Positions 9,645 to 20,249 of a DNA stretch of 64,000 nucleotides are shown here, one piece after another. This DNA is from a virus. Taxonomy: Duplodnaviria; Heunggongvirae; Uroviricota; Caudoviricetes. The translations under genes and the position numbers were made by a program. Numbering within the stretch: the stretch's first letter is position 1; every line of letters begins with the position of its first letter. Below the pieces are notes generated by a model. It had not been told where the DNA came from. It ran no database searches and saw nothing but the letters and a program-made list of their open reading frames with translations. The stretch is from IMG/VR virus record IMGVR_UViG_3300022305_001387, positions 1 through 64,000 of that record; one strand, written 5' to 3'.

Positions 9645-10073
9645 ATGAAAAAATTAGAAATTATCAATTCAGAAAAAATCAATCAAGTAGAATTTATTTC
9701 AGATCGTAAAGGCGAATACAGAGCTATCGTTAAAGTGCAAGCGGGCTTCATGACAGTTGTAGACGATTTTGGTATTCAATGTAATTGGGAAAAACCACAA
9801 TGGAATTCTGCTATCGATGTATTTCGCAACTTTAAGAAAGGAGCATTACAAACTATCCAGTTTAAAGCTAAAGGTACTGATTCATGGTTGACTATATTCG
9901 CCAAATCTGGTAACAAAGTAAAGCTTATGGACTATCAGTTGTTTAAAGATATGGAAGTTGGTGACATCAATCAAAACTGGTCTAATACCAATTTATACAG
10001 TCAAAAAAATTATGGCTTATGTAACGCAAAAACATGGGCTGATAAAGCATTCGTTGTAAACAAGTCTAAATAA
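9645..10073 (+). CDS. hypothetical protein (142 aa)
   Basis: ORF preceded by AAAATAAAAGTTATG. Confidence 0.55.
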   Translation: MKKLEIINSEKINQVEFISDRKGEYRAIVKVQAGFMTVVDDFGIQCNWEKPQWNSAIDVFRNFKKGALQTIQFKAKGTDSWLTIFAKSGNKVKLMDYQLFKDMEVGDINQNWSNTNLYSQKNYGLCNAKTWADKAFVVNKSK

Positions 10074-10100
10074 TTAATCAATAAAAATAAAATTAAAGTT

Positions 10101-10310
10101 ATGCAAAAAAACAATCCTTACATCGACAGTAACAACATTGACAGATCACAAGAGATCGAAGCGATGTTTCAACCAACGTTAGAAGACATTAAAAATGATC
10201 CTGAGTTTTATGCTGAATTGGTTAACGATCTTATGTATCACGTTAAATATGGTATAGGCATTACACAGATTATGAAAATGGCAATGGATACATTAGAAAT
10301 GCCAATATAA
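10101..10310 (+). CDS. hypothetical protein (69 aa)
   Basis: ORF preceded by AAATTAAAGTTATG. Confidence 0.5.
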   Translation: MQKNNPYIDSNNIDRSQEIEAMFQPTLEDIKNDPEFYAELVNDLMYHVKYGIGITQIMKMAMDTLEMPI

Positions 10311-10366
10311 TTAAATTTACTAAACAATCAAATCAAATAATCAATAATAAATTAAAATATATAACT

Positions 10367-10588
10367 ATGTTTAACGATTTTGACTACTCAGAATTTGACG
10401 AGCAACTTGATAATGATTACTCATTACCAATTGAAGAAAACACGAAAGCTCTTAAAGCGGCAAAGAAAGACATTGAGAAAGTTATTGTACAAGATCCAGA
10501 AGAAGAGATCGAAATAAATAATGATGACTTCGCCAAAGATTGGATAGAAATTACAGAAGATGATGGCGATGACGATTTAGATGACTAA
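10367..10588 (+). CDS. acidic hypothetical protein (73 aa)
   Basis: ORF; D/E-rich. Confidence 0.5.
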   Translation: MFNDFDYSEFDEQLDNDYSLPIEENTKALKAAKKDIEKVIVQDPEEEIEINNDDFAKDWIEITEDDGDDDLDD

Positions 10589-10652
10589 TAAAAACACTAA
10601 TATGAATCACTATCAAATCACCACTTTTATCAAAACACAAAAAAATAAAGTT

Positions 10653-11033
10653 ATGACACAAGATTACGATCAGACACTAACAAAACAAATGGCAAAAGAA
10701 GTAGTTGGCGATGGACAAACACCAAATCTATGGTTCGTTACATCGGGTCCTTATGTGGCTGTTCATGATGGAGATATATCGTACGACTTTGAATTGATCG
10801 AAGGATATAATTCAGATAAAGATACTCATACATATGGTCCTTACACAAGTTACGAAGCGGCTTTAAGATGTTACAACAAAATAGAATTAAGCTTTGATTA
10901 TGGAGTTGGACAAGCATTCATTGAAGATAGAGAATGCGGTACAGTTACAGAGAAATGGTTGGTTAAAAGAGTGAGAACAGAATATATAGAAAGCGAATAC
11001 GATAATTCAAAAAGATTCTACAAAAATAATTAA
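10653..11033 (+). CDS. hypothetical protein
   Basis: Track ORF starts at 10581; the conserved AAAAAATAAAGTTATG context sits at the internal ATG 10653. Confidence 0.5.
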   Translation: MTQDYDQTLTKQMAKEVVGDGQTPNLWFVTSGPYVAVHDGDISYDFELIEGYNSDKDTHTYGPYTSYEAALRCYNKIELSFDYGVGQAFIEDRECGTVTEKWLVKRVRTEYIESEYDNSKRFYKNN

Positions 11034-11051
11034 TCACATAAAAAAATACAC

Positions 11052-11195
11052 ATGAAATTAAGTAAATGCTGTAATGCAGAAGTAATATTTGTAATGGTAG
11101 ATGATCATGTTGGACACGGCATACATGAAGAGACAGAGTGCTCTAATTGTAGCGAACTTTATCCAGAAGTATATGATGACGAAGAGGAAGACTAG
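11052..11195 (+). CDS. small Cys-rich (zinc-ribbon-like) acidic protein (47 aa)
   Basis: CC..(20)..CSNC; flanked by the direct repeat AATTAATCACATAAAAAAA (11029 and 11213); preferred over the antisense track ORF 11058..11249. Confidence 0.35.
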   Translation: MKLSKCCNAEVIFVMVDDHVGHGIHEETECSNCSELYPEVYDDEEED

Positions 11196-11240
11196 ACAAC
11201 AATAATAAAAATAATTAATCACATAAAAAAAACAAAAGTT

Positions 11241-11531
11241 ATGAAACAAAAAAAATTAACATTCCAACAAGTGGTAACTCGCTTAGAAAAAGCTGAGATT
11301 CCATGCACAGTTAAACGTTTCGAATACGACGACGAAATAACATACTCAATTGAATTTGGCTTTAATTGGCCAGAAGAGTTGCTATCTGAGGTCGATAAAG
11401 CATTCGATGCATACGGCGATAAGGTGCCTCATTATATAGAGTTTTGTGCTAGTTCTGATGGTGGTGAAATGACTGCTAAGAAGATGATCGCTGGTGGTCC
11501 TAAAGACTACATCGGCTACAACAAATGGTAA
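11241..11531 (+). CDS. hypothetical protein (96 aa)
   Basis: ORF preceded by AACAAAAGTTATG. Confidence 0.5.
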   Translation: MKQKKLTFQQVVTRLEKAEIPCTVKRFEYDDEITYSIEFGFNWPEELLSEVDKAFDAYGDKVPHYIEFCASSDGGEMTAKKMIAGGPKDYIGYNKW

Positions 11532-11565
11532 ACAAAAACAAATTAATAAATTAAAAACAAAAGTT

Positions 11566-11925
11566 ATGAAAGCATTATTGATCGACTCAAAAAACAAAGT
11601 AGTAAAACAAATCGAAATCGGTGAACACTTCACTGAAATTTCAAAAGCAATAGATTGCGAAACATTTTCAGCTCCTCACATTTTAGAGAATGAAGACACA
11701 CTATATTGTGACGACGAAGGATTGCTGAAAGGTCCTCAACATTTCTTCTTACTCGATACTTATCCTCAGCCAATTGCAGGAAATGGTTTAATTTTAGGCT
11801 GCGACGATGAAGGAGATAGCATCGATGTTAAAACTACTCTCGATGAATTAATTAGTAGAATAACATTCATGAATATTGACGATGCATACAATTGGTCGTT
11901 TAATCAATCTTATCAATTTAACTAA
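11566..11925 (+). CDS. hypothetical protein
   Basis: Track ORF starts at 11494; conserved AAACAAAAGTTATG at internal ATG 11566. Confidence 0.5.
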   Translation: MKALLIDSKNKVVKQIEIGEHFTEISKAIDCETFSAPHILENEDTLYCDDEGLLKGPQHFFLLDTYPQPIAGNGLILGCDDEGDSIDVKTTLDELISRITFMNIDDAYNWSFNQSYQFN

Positions 11926-11941
11926 AATAAAAAAAATTATA

Positions 11942-12184
11942 ATGGCGCAAATAAAAAAAACAACTAGAATTGCAACTCAAAAAACAAATCGTCAAGTATT
12001 AACTAAAGCGATTAAAGATCTAAGTGATATTGATTTGGTATTTTTACGTGAACGCATACTCAGATCATGCGATGAAGTTCTAAGTAATAAAGAACAGATA
12101 CTAAAAGACATGCAATTTAGTTTTATAAAACCAGATTTATTTATCGAGTCTATGCAAAACATAAAAGATAAAATAGATTTCTAA
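11942..12184 (+). CDS. hypothetical protein
   Basis: Internal ATG 11942 after the upstream stop; A-rich context. Confidence 0.45.
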   Translation: MAQIKKTTRIATQKTNRQVLTKAIKDLSDIDLVFLRERILRSCDEVLSNKEQILKDMQFSFIKPDLFIESMQNIKDKIDF

Positions 12185-12252
12185 CTTGAAGTTTATATTT
12201 CTCGATTCAAAAATAATCATTTAATTTTAATACTAATCAAAAAATACAGTTT

Positions 12253-12480
12253 ATGATAATTGACAACACACTTACAAAAGAGGAATTAGAATTCTGTTAC
12301 TATAAAAGAGGTAACGCTGGTGGATTCAAAACAAAATTGATTGAAACAATATTCGCAGCTGATGATGGAAATAGAGCAAAACTAGCTCAAGCATTTCCAG
12401 ATCTTGTAGAAGTAGTTGTTAGGTATGGTAATGAGAGAGGCTATTGGAAAGATTTAGAAACTAGATTCTCAAATTTATAA
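12253..12480 (+). CDS. hypothetical protein (75 aa)
   Basis: ORF preceded by ATACAGTTTATG. Confidence 0.5.
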   Translation: MIIDNTLTKEELEFCYYKRGNAGGFKTKLIETIFAADDGNRAKLAQAFPDLVEVVVRYGNERGYWKDLETRFSNL

Positions 12481-12500
12481 ACATAAAAAAAATAAAAGTT

Positions 12501-12716
12501 ATGCAAATAGAAAGAAAATGTAAAGTATGTCAAGAAGTTATACACCCACTTCGAGTGAAAATGGGATATTCAACTACATGTGTTAAACATTCAACTGCTG
12601 AGAGATACACAGGAGTTGTTGTAGCAGATCATAAAACAGCAGACTCTATTCAAATCATTAAAGATCCAGAAGTTGGTAGAAAATTGATGGAACTTAGTAA
12701 TGTTTATGATCATTAA
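12501..12716 (+). CDS. zinc-ribbon-like protein, paralog of 6836..7084
   Basis: CKVCQ...C.KHS; shared HKT..IQI motif. Confidence 0.5.
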   Translation: MQIERKCKVCQEVIHPLRVKMGYSTTCVKHSTAERYTGVVVADHKTADSIQIIKDPEVGRKLMELSNVYDH

Positions 12717-12754
12717 TAATCGGTATTTATTATCATATAATACAATCCTCAAAA

Positions 12755-12931
12755 ATGAAATATAATTTCGAAAATCTGAGTCCTGACGAAAAAGAACAAC
12801 TCGAAGAATATGTATCGAGTGTCAAAGAAATAAAAAAAGAGATCAAGAAATTGGTTGCTAAGTCTAAAGGACATAACATAGATGAAACTGGCGGCAACAT
12901 GTCGAGCGGTTTACATATCAGCTCCAACTAA
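12755..12931 (+). CDS. small hypothetical protein (58 aa)
   Basis: Plus-strand ORF MKYNFENLSPDEKEQLEEY...; preferred over the overlapping antisense track ORF. Confidence 0.35.
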   Translation: MKYNFENLSPDEKEQLEEYVSSVKEIKKEIKKLVAKSKGHNIDETGGNMSSGLHISSN

Positions 12932-12953
12932 TTTAAAAAATAATACATAAGTT

Positions 12954-13304
12954 ATGCAAATGCAACGAATATTGTACGGAGTACTTTTTGGTGTAATAGC
13001 GCAAGTAATTACTTTCTTGCAATTACAAGGCCAAATGAAGTATAGTATATTAAAAAACAATACATGGTTTTTAGTATTGATGGGAATGCCTATATCTTTT
13101 TTATTCCTAATGTCAGTGAAAAATTTCATACTAGCTTTTAATGGAGAAATTTGGCCTTCAAGAATTATAGGATTCGGAATAGGAGTAATCATATTTACCA
13201 TTATGTCTGAAATTCTATTTAAAGAAGTTATGACATTAAAAACAATAACGTGTTTGTTTCTGTCAATGTTGATTATATTAATTCAAATTTTTTGGAAAAA
13301 TTAA
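12954..13304 (+). CDS. multi-pass membrane protein (116 aa)
   Basis: Preceded by ATACATAAGTTATG; 3-4 hydrophobic segments. Confidence 0.5.
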   Translation: MQMQRILYGVLFGVIAQVITFLQLQGQMKYSILKNNTWFLVLMGMPISFLFLMSVKNFILAFNGEIWPSRIIGFGIGVIIFTIMSEILFKEVMTLKTITCLFLSMLIILIQIFWKN

Positions 13305-13413
13305 TTCACAATGAAAATAATTAATAAAGTTTTGCAATCTTTGTATAAATTTGAAAATTGGTTTAATAACAAATTCGGATGGTTTTTTACAAACGGAAAC
13401 AAACAATAAACAA

Positions 13414-14001
13414 ATGAAAGTCTATAAAAAGTTACAGCTTCCAAAAGATTCTGCATGGGATAGAAAAACATGGAGACGATATACTCATTGGAGAATAAAA
13501 TTCTTTATTGATGGTGTCAAAAACTTATTAAGATGGGTGCCTATTATATATAAAGACAGAGACTTCGATGATTATTATATCTTAAAAATGCTCCAAAAGA
13601 AAATAGAATTTCAAAGACAATATCTCGTAGAACAAAATAGACACACTCATATAGATTGTGATAATTATTGGATGACACTCGTTTTGAATTTATTAGAAAA
13701 AGAAATAGAAAACTATTATGCTTTAGAGATATATGATTATCTAAATAGCGAAATAAAATTTGTGCCTTACGAAGATTCACTCGATAGTTATAAAATGGAA
13801 AAAACAACCATTAGCGAAAACTTAGATGACTATTTAAACAAATATCCTTTATCAATAAGAGCTGTAATGAAGCAAAATAAAGATAGAGATTTTACAGATA
13901 AAGAAACTCTTGCTTTTTATGTTGGAGAATATAATAGCAAAAAATGTAGAAACTTACTTTTTGAAATACTAAAACACAAGAGCAACCAATGGTGGGATTA
14001 A
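13414..14001 (+). CDS. hypothetical protein
   Basis: Track start 13351 is a TTG; first ATG in an A-rich context is 13414. Confidence 0.5.
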   Translation: MKVYKKLQLPKDSAWDRKTWRRYTHWRIKFFIDGVKNLLRWVPIIYKDRDFDDYYILKMLQKKIEFQRQYLVEQNRHTHIDCDNYWMTLVLNLLEKEIENYYALEIYDYLNSEIKFVPYEDSLDSYKMEKTTISENLDDYLNKYPLSIRAVMKQNKDRDFTDKETLAFYVGEYNSKKCRNLLFEILKHKSNQWWD

Positions 14002-14210
14002 TAATATCTTTAATCATTACTTTATTGATAGCAATTATATGGACGATTGGTATTAATAATGTAATCGAACAATATCCAGATTATAAAGGCGAAGACTTTT
14101 TAAATACATATGAAACAGAATACGACTTCTACAAACTCACAGAAAATAAAAGTGGTAAAAAAACAAGGCAGAAAAAGCAAGTATCACAAATCAAAGCTAA
14201 AGCTAAATAA
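13989..14210 (+). CDS. small membrane-anchored protein (73 aa)
   Basis: N-terminal hydrophobic GLIISLIITLLIAIIWTIGI; Lys-rich C-terminus. Confidence 0.45.
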   Translation: MVGLIISLIITLLIAIIWTIGINNVIEQYPDYKGEDFLNTYETEYDFYKLTENKSGKKTRQKKQVSQIKAKAK

Positions 14211-14658
14211 GGATGGATCAATTACGATATACGAATAACACAGGAGCTGTCCAATCTATTAAATTGGGGCATCCCAATAGGCAAACACAGGCATATGAAA
14301 ATAGATAGACCAATGAGCTCCCATTTCACGCAATTTAGTCAGGCAATGGATTGGAAATCAATCAGTTATAACTCATTGGAATTCAATAACTTATATATTA
14401 TCGTGTCCAATCATGGACATATCTTTCACCAAAAAATGAAGCGCATTGAAAAAAGATAAGAAAGGCTTCTACGTGGCAAATTCATTTCAGCAACTCGCTG
14501 AATTGTACAAATCGATCAACGAAAACCAACAGCAAAACCCGAATGCAAAAAAGGAACAGAAGATCAGAACACGAGAAGCAATGAAGCAAAGAAAACAAGA
14601 CTCGTAAGAATAATTTTTCTAAATAGAAAATATAGTTTAATTTAAAATAAAACAACTC

Positions 14659-14913
14659 ATGAAAGTAATTTATTTTACAGCCGAATGGTGCGGTCCATGC
14701 AAAGCACTGAAACCTATCGCACTACAAGTATCTCAAGAAACAGGAGTTTCAATAGATTTTGTAGATGTAGATATGAATAAAGATAAAGCTGCTGCTATGC
14801 AAGTGGCATCTGTACCAACTCTTATTGGTATAGATAGCGTAGGAACTATAAAGTTTAGACACACAGGCATGGCAAGTAAACAAGCACTTAAAAATCTCTT
14901 TAATAAGGTTTAA
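14659..14913 (+). CDS. thioredoxin
   Basis: AEWCGPCKALKP active-site motif (CGPC) in an 84-aa Trx-fold-sized protein. Confidence 0.85.
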   Translation: MKVIYFTAEWCGPCKALKPIALQVSQETGVSIDFVDVDMNKDKAAAMQVASVPTLIGIDSVGTIKFRHTGMASKQALKNLFNKV

Positions 14914-14914
14914 T

Positions 14915-15247
14915 ATGAAACATGAAACATACTCTCAATATCTAAAAGAAATTATAGATTTGGTTCCAGACGATGTAGATGCTGCATTCATAGAATTACT
15001 TCGAATAGCATTACTTCCAATTGTTAAAATGAGATGGGAAGAATATGTTATTGGAAAAACTGAAATATATTATTTAACAGAAGATGAATTAGAGACTTCA
15101 TGGCAAACAGCAAATATGAAACTCATTGAAAATAACTTAAGAAACCTATCAGAATTTGGTTTAATAAAGATGGGAGTCAACGAAGATGGAGAAATAGTCT
15201 ATTCTATTACTGAAGATGGATTAGAATACGTTAAAAACTTAGACTAA
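14915..15247 (+). CDS. hypothetical protein (110 aa)
   Basis: ORF immediately after thioredoxin. Confidence 0.5.
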   Translation: MKHETYSQYLKEIIDLVPDDVDAAFIELLRIALLPIVKMRWEEYVIGKTEIYYLTEDELETSWQTANMKLIENNLRNLSEFGLIKMGVNEDGEIVYSITEDGLEYVKNLD

Positions 15248-15298
15248 AGAATGTTCAGTAGAAGCCTCGATCCGTATATTTATATGTAAAGATCGCAA

Positions 15299-18200
15299 AT
15301 GGCATTAATACTTAGACTGAATCAAGCGAATGCTCTTACATATACAGAACTTGATGGAAATTTTGTTTATTTAGATGGAAGAATAACTAGTGTAAATAGT
15401 AGTTTAACTACTAATATAACAAATGTATCATCATCTATAGTAAATACTATAACTAATAATTCAAGTTCTTTTTCAACATCAATTACAAATTTATCAAGTT
15501 CTACTGCTGCTTCATATACTAGTTTATCAAGTTCAGTAGCTTCTGATACAACTGATTTAAGTGCAATTTCATCTTCACTGGTTGCAGTTTCTTCATCTTA
15601 TGCACCATTATCATCTTCATATTCTCAGTTATCTAGATCTCTTTCTGTTAATGTAGCAAATGTTATAACTACTGGTAGTGCTACTGCATTTCAAAGCATA
15701 ACTGGTAGTTTAATAATATCAAGTAGCTTTCGAGTAATTGGTAAACTAGAAACAACAGGATCTATATTTGCTACTAAATATATTGGAACATTTGGAACAA
15801 CTGCATATGGTGGAATTGGTCCAGCTTTAGATGGTGAATATAATTCAATTAGTGAGATATATAATGTAACTGCAACAAAAGTACCGGCTTTTCCTTTTAT
15901 GTTTAATAATCCTGATAGAGTTTCAACTGCAACTGTTGGTGGAGTGCAATATGTTTTTACTGATATTGGTATAGGTTATCCTGGTTTAAATTCAATAGGA
16001 TCATTAATTAGTCCTGCTGTATATTTCTCAAAAACTGCAGCATCAACAGCTCCATATCCAAAATATATGACTGTTATATCTGATAATACAACAGTTACTT
16101 TAGCAGATGTAAATAATGGAATTTATACAACAAATGGTAGAAATCATACGCTAACTGTTACGGGCAGTTTTCTATCTTTAGACGGAGTTTCTTTAGGTAC
16201 TCATTTATCTGATACACATCACATAACAGGATCTACTAAATTTACTGGATCTATGTATGTTTATGGATTAACTACTCCTCCATCTACGATCGCTTCCACA
16301 AATATATTAGTTGTTAGTAGTTCAGGTCAGATATTTTTAACAGCTTCTTCTGCCACAGGCGGAACCTTTGATACTGCAAGTTTTGTTTCTACCAGTAGTT
16401 TCAATCAGTTTACAAGTTCAGTAGTAACTACTTCAAGTTTCAATCAGTTTACGAGTAGCGTTGTTTCTACAAGCAGCTTCAACCAATTTACAAGTTCAGT
16501 AGTAACTACATCCTCATTTAATATGTTTACTGGGTCTGTTATAACAACAGGCAGCATAGGAGCGAGTCAGTCAATAACAGGATCTTTAACATTATCAGGA
16601 TCTTTTATCATAACTGGTTCAATATCTCTAAACAAGTTGGTTACCTCAAGTGCAGTAACAAATGTATTGACTTATGATACGACTAATGGAAAAGTTTATT
16701 ATACAGCATCTACAGCTATAGGAGGAGGAAATTCAGGATTTGTTACAACTACTACATTCAATGATTTTACTGGATCTGTAATAACAACAGGAAGTGTAGG
16801 ACGAACTCAATCTATAACAGGATCTTTGACAATGTCAGGATCGTATGATATAAAACCTAATTTTGCGAGTACTTATATGGCTTCGCTTACAACAGTCAAT
16901 ACAAGCATTGGTCAAGCATTTGGAGCTTTAATACTCAGAGAAGACAGTGCTGGAACAGGCAATGTAGCAACTTTAAAAACAGATAATCTTACAGCAGATA
17001 GAACAGTGGCTCTCCCTAATAATACTGGAACTTTATTAATGAGAATCAATGAGCAAGAAGGAGATGCTAATGGTAATATTACCATAACTGGAAGCATCAC
17101 AACTGGACTTCTTACAACATCTAGCTTTAATGCATTCACTTCAAGCGTAGTTACAACATCTTCATTTAATAGTTTCACAGGATCAGTAATCACTACTGGA
17201 AGTATATCAATAAGACAATCAATAACAGGATCTTTAATTATATCTGGCAGTAATACAAGTATTATAGGACTAATAACAGCTTCTGCTGCTAATTTAACAA
17301 ATGTGTTAATGATTAGTAGTAGTGGACAATTATTCACCACTGCGTCCTCTGCAATTGGCGGAGGAGGAAATACAACAAATAATTATTATACATCAGCATC
17401 ATTTATATCATCAGGTAGTGTCAGCGCGAGTGTCAATACGAATTCAGCTTCATTCAAAATTACTAGTGGTAGTAGTACATTTATGTTTGTTAGTAATAGC
17501 GGACAAATAGGATTTGGCACTACAAGTTCTCAAGATAGAGTTCAAATATATGGCGATATAGCTTTAAGAAGCGGATCAAATGTTAATACAAATTATGGTA
17601 TGATTAAGTTTGGAACAGATGATCCAAATAATCTATCTCATTATGCAGGCATAGCGTCAAGTGGATACGGAAGCAGCATAGCTAAAGCCAATCTCATGTT
17701 CATTACTGATGGCTCACAAGGTCCATCAGAAAAGATGAGAATTTATGGCGGAGGTAGTGTAACTATTGGAACAACTTCATCTTTAGGTTTTAAAGTAGAA
17801 ATAGATGCTGTAGAAGTAGCACCCGGCTCAGCACTCAGAATATATCAAGACAATACAAATACTTTAGATAAAGCTGGAACAGGTTCTCACATACATCTTG
17901 ACAATCCAAATAGTCTAGGTACAACTGCAATAACTTCATATATCAGTGGCAGTTTTAGAGGCAAGATATTAAATACGTATGAAGGAGATTATCACTATGT
18001 CGTATCAGGATCAGGCGATCATTACTTCTGGACTCAAGGTTATCAAGATAGCGGAGCTATAAGAATGTATATAAGTGCTAGTGGTAATGTTGGTATCGGA
18101 CCTAATTTTCTTGGTCCAAAACAAACTCTAACAGTATCAGGCTCTGTAGGATTTTTGAATATGGTTACAGCATCAGTGCCTGTTACTAATGTGCTAATGA

Positions 18201-20248
18201 TTAGTAGTAGTGGACAAGTTTTCTTAACAGCTTCTTCTGCAATTGGTGGCGGCGGTGGTGGATTATCAGGAGGCACTCCAAATTATATACCAAAATGGAC
18301 TAGTACATCTCAACTTTCAACATCTAGTATATATGATAATAGTGGAAATATTGGTATAGGAATTACAAGCCCTATAACAAAATTAGATGTAGATGGATTC
18401 ATACATTCAGCTGCTAGTTTAATTGGAGATGCTAATCAAGCTTCTAACGGATCTTTAGTTAGCGGCATATCAAGCTCAGCATATGGAATCTATTCACAAG
18501 CTCAAGGAGCTTTTACAGAGGCTTGGATGTATTCTACCCATGCCGAAGGATATGCTACTTTTGTTGGCAATAGAAGTCCAATTTATTATAGTGTTATAAA
18601 TGGAAATCAAGTTTATATACCTGGAAGAGTATCATATTTCAGTATTGCAGATACTATTATTGGTTTAGATACAGGTTTTGGTGGAACTCAAGTTGCAGAA
18701 GGTAATATTACAAATATTAGTTATAATTCTCAAACAGGAATAACAACTATTACCATAGATAATAGTCTATATAATGGTATTGAAGTTACAACATGGACAA
18801 AAGATGGAATCATTCCTGATAATGATCCTAATGATGCAGCACATGCTGAAGGCGTGCTATCTATAGCTGTAGGAAGTGGAGCGCATGCTGAGGGTATTGG
18901 AACATCAGCAAATAATATCTCAGCTCATTCTGAAGGATTATATACTATAGCAAGTGGAGTATCTTCACACACTGAAGGAGAATACACTAAAGCTCATGGT
19001 GAATGCAGTCACGCAGAAGGATATAGCACAATTGCTTTAGGAGACTATCAACATGTACAAGGTAAATGGAATTTGACTTCTTCTTTACAAGCTGCATTTA
19101 TACATGGAAATGGTACATCTGATAGCAATAGAAGTAATCTTATATTTGCCTCTGGATCAGAAGTACAAATTTCAGGTAGTTTAAAAATAACTGGCTCTGC
19201 GATACTTTTCGGATTAGTTACAAGTTCAACATCAAATGTTATAACATACAATACAACTACAGGTCAATTATATTATACAGCTTCATCAGCAATTGGAGGA
19301 GGAGGAAATACAACAAATAATTATTATAATACGTCTTCTTTCATAACATCAGGAAGTATTACTGCTAGCGTGAATATCGGTGCAACATCATTTCAAGTTA
19401 CTAGCGGTAGTAATACATTAATAGCCGTTCGTAATAATGGTGATACCATCATATCAGGATCATTAACAATAGTAACAGGAAGTACAGAATTTCAAGTTTT
19501 AGAAACAGGCACAAAAATAGGAAATATTAGTAGTGATTTCCACACAATCACAGGATCTTTAAATATATCAGGATCTATTAATATGACAGGATCTGCATAT
19601 TTCTCTAGTTCAAGATTCGTAATAAATGCTAATGATTTTACAATACAAAGTTCTGGAACTCAACTTGGAAATGCCACTACAGATGCTCATACAATAACTG
19701 GTAGTTTAGGAATTAATGGTAATGTTTATATAACTGCATCTTTAACTTCAAATCCTGCTCTTATTGTTGAAGGATCTGGTTCATCAAATTCAGTATTTTC
19801 AGTTAGAGGATCTTTAGGAGAATTGTTTAGCGTAAGTGATACTCTTACTGGTTCTTTATTCTCTGTAAATGATATATCTGGTCTTCCGATATTAGATGTT
19901 AATTCTGATCAAACAACAAAGATAGGCAGCTTCTTAGCACCAGGAATGTATACTTCAACAAAAGTAACTGCTAACTCAGGAATCACAGTGATATATAGTT
20001 TACCTACTGCATCATATGATGGAGCATGGTATGATTATACAATTAGATCAGGATCTATTAGCAGAGCGGGTAGTATAATAGCAATATGGAGTGGTAGTCA
20101 AGTTAATTACAGTGAAGTATCAGCATCATCATTTGGTACATCAACAGGATTTGTATTTGGTGCTAGTATTTTAGGAGGTAATATGATTCTTTCAGGATCA
20201 GCTCCAACAAATACATGGATAGTTAAAACAATAATAAGATCTATATAA
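15299..20248 (+). CDS. giant repeat-containing tail-fibre-like protein (1649 aa)
   Basis: S/T/G/N-rich; repeated modules (..NVLMISSSGQxFxTASSAIGGGG.. at four positions; SITGSLxxSGS motifs); tandem TSSFNQFTSSVVT repeats. Confidence 0.7.
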   Translation: MALILRLNQANALTYTELDGNFVYLDGRITSVNSSLTTNITNVSSSIVNTITNNSSSFSTSITNLSSSTAASYTSLSSSVASDTTDLSAISSSLVAVSSSYAPLSSSYSQLSRSLSVNVANVITTGSATAFQSITGSLIISSSFRVIGKLETTGSIFATKYIGTFGTTAYGGIGPALDGEYNSISEIYNVTATKVPAFPFMFNNPDRVSTATVGGVQYVFTDIGIGYPGLNSIGSLISPAVYFSKTAASTAPYPKYMTVISDNTTVTLADVNNGIYTTNGRNHTLTVTGSFLSLDGVSLGTHLSDTHHITGSTKFTGSMYVYGLTTPPSTIASTNILVVSSSGQIFLTASSATGGTFDTASFVSTSSFNQFTSSVVTTSSFNQFTSSVVSTSSFNQFTSSVVTTSSFNMFTGSVITTGSIGASQSITGSLTLSGSFIITGSISLNKLVTSSAVTNVLTYDTTNGKVYYTASTAIGGGNSGFVTTTTFNDFTGSVITTGSVGRTQSITGSLTMSGSYDIKPNFASTYMASLTTVNTSIGQAFGALILREDSAGTGNVATLKTDNLTADRTVALPNNTGTLLMRINEQEGDANGNITITGSITTGLLTTSSFNAFTSSVVTTSSFNSFTGSVITTGSISIRQSITGSLIISGSNTSIIGLITASAANLTNVLMISSSGQLFTTASSAIGGGGNTTNNYYTSASFISSGSVSASVNTNSASFKITSGSSTFMFVSNSGQIGFGTTSSQDRVQIYGDIALRSGSNVNTNYGMIKFGTDDPNNLSHYAGIASSGYGSSIAKANLMFITDGSQGPSEKMRIYGGGSVTIGTTSSLGFKVEIDAVEVAPGSALRIYQDNTNTLDKAGTGSHIHLDNPNSLGTTAITSYISGSFRGKILNTYEGDYHYVVSGSGDHYFWTQGYQDSGAIRMYISASGNVGIGPNFLGPKQTLTVSGSVGFLNMVTASVPVTNVLMISSSGQVFLTASSAIGGGGGGLSGGTPNYIPKWTSTSQLSTSSIYDNSGNIGIGITSPITKLDVDGFIHSAASLIGDANQASNGSLVSGISSSAYGIYSQAQGAFTEAWMYSTHAEGYATFVGNRSPIYYSVINGNQVYIPGRVSYFSIADTIIGLDTGFGGTQVAEGNITNISYNSQTGITTITIDNSLYNGIEVTTWTKDGIIPDNDPNDAAHAEGVLSIAVGSGAHAEGIGTSANNISAHSEGLYTIASGVSSHTEGEYTKAHGECSHAEGYSTIALGDYQHVQGKWNLTSSLQAAFIHGNGTSDSNRSNLIFASGSEVQISGSLKITGSAILFGLVTSSTSNVITYNTTTGQLYYTASSAIGGGGNTTNNYYNTSSFITSGSITASVNIGATSFQVTSGSNTLIAVRNNGDTIISGSLTIVTGSTEFQVLETGTKIGNISSDFHTITGSLNISGSINMTGSAYFSSSRFVINANDFTIQSSGTQLGNATTDAHTITGSLGINGNVYITASLTSNPALIVEGSGSSNSVFSVRGSLGELFSVSDTLTGSLFSVNDISGLPILDVNSDQTTKIGSFLAPGMYTSTKVTANSGITVIYSLPTASYDGAWYDYTIRSGSISRAGSIIAIWSGSQVNYSEVSASSFGTSTGFVFGASILGGNMILSGSAPTNTWIVKTIIRSI
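16391..16546 (+). repeat. 4 x 39-bp tandem repeat inside the fibre gene
   Basis: Units start at 16391, 16430, 16469, 16508; encode TSSFNQFTSSVVT x3 plus TSSFNMFTGSVIT; copies differ mainly at synonymous sites. Confidence 0.8.
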
Positions 20249-20249
20249 T

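Noticed and set aside
17322-17510. Short plus-strand track ORFs nested in other frames of large genes (17322..17510, 31807..32037, 46904..47116, 56922..57227)
   Set aside because: Fully contained within long, repeat-bearing or well-supported ORFs in another frame; no independent signal.
15299-20248. Diversity-generating retroelement targeting the fibre/LamG genes
   Set aside because: There is no reverse transcriptase and no template/variable repeat pair with adenine-specific differences; the internal repeats look like ordinary module duplications.
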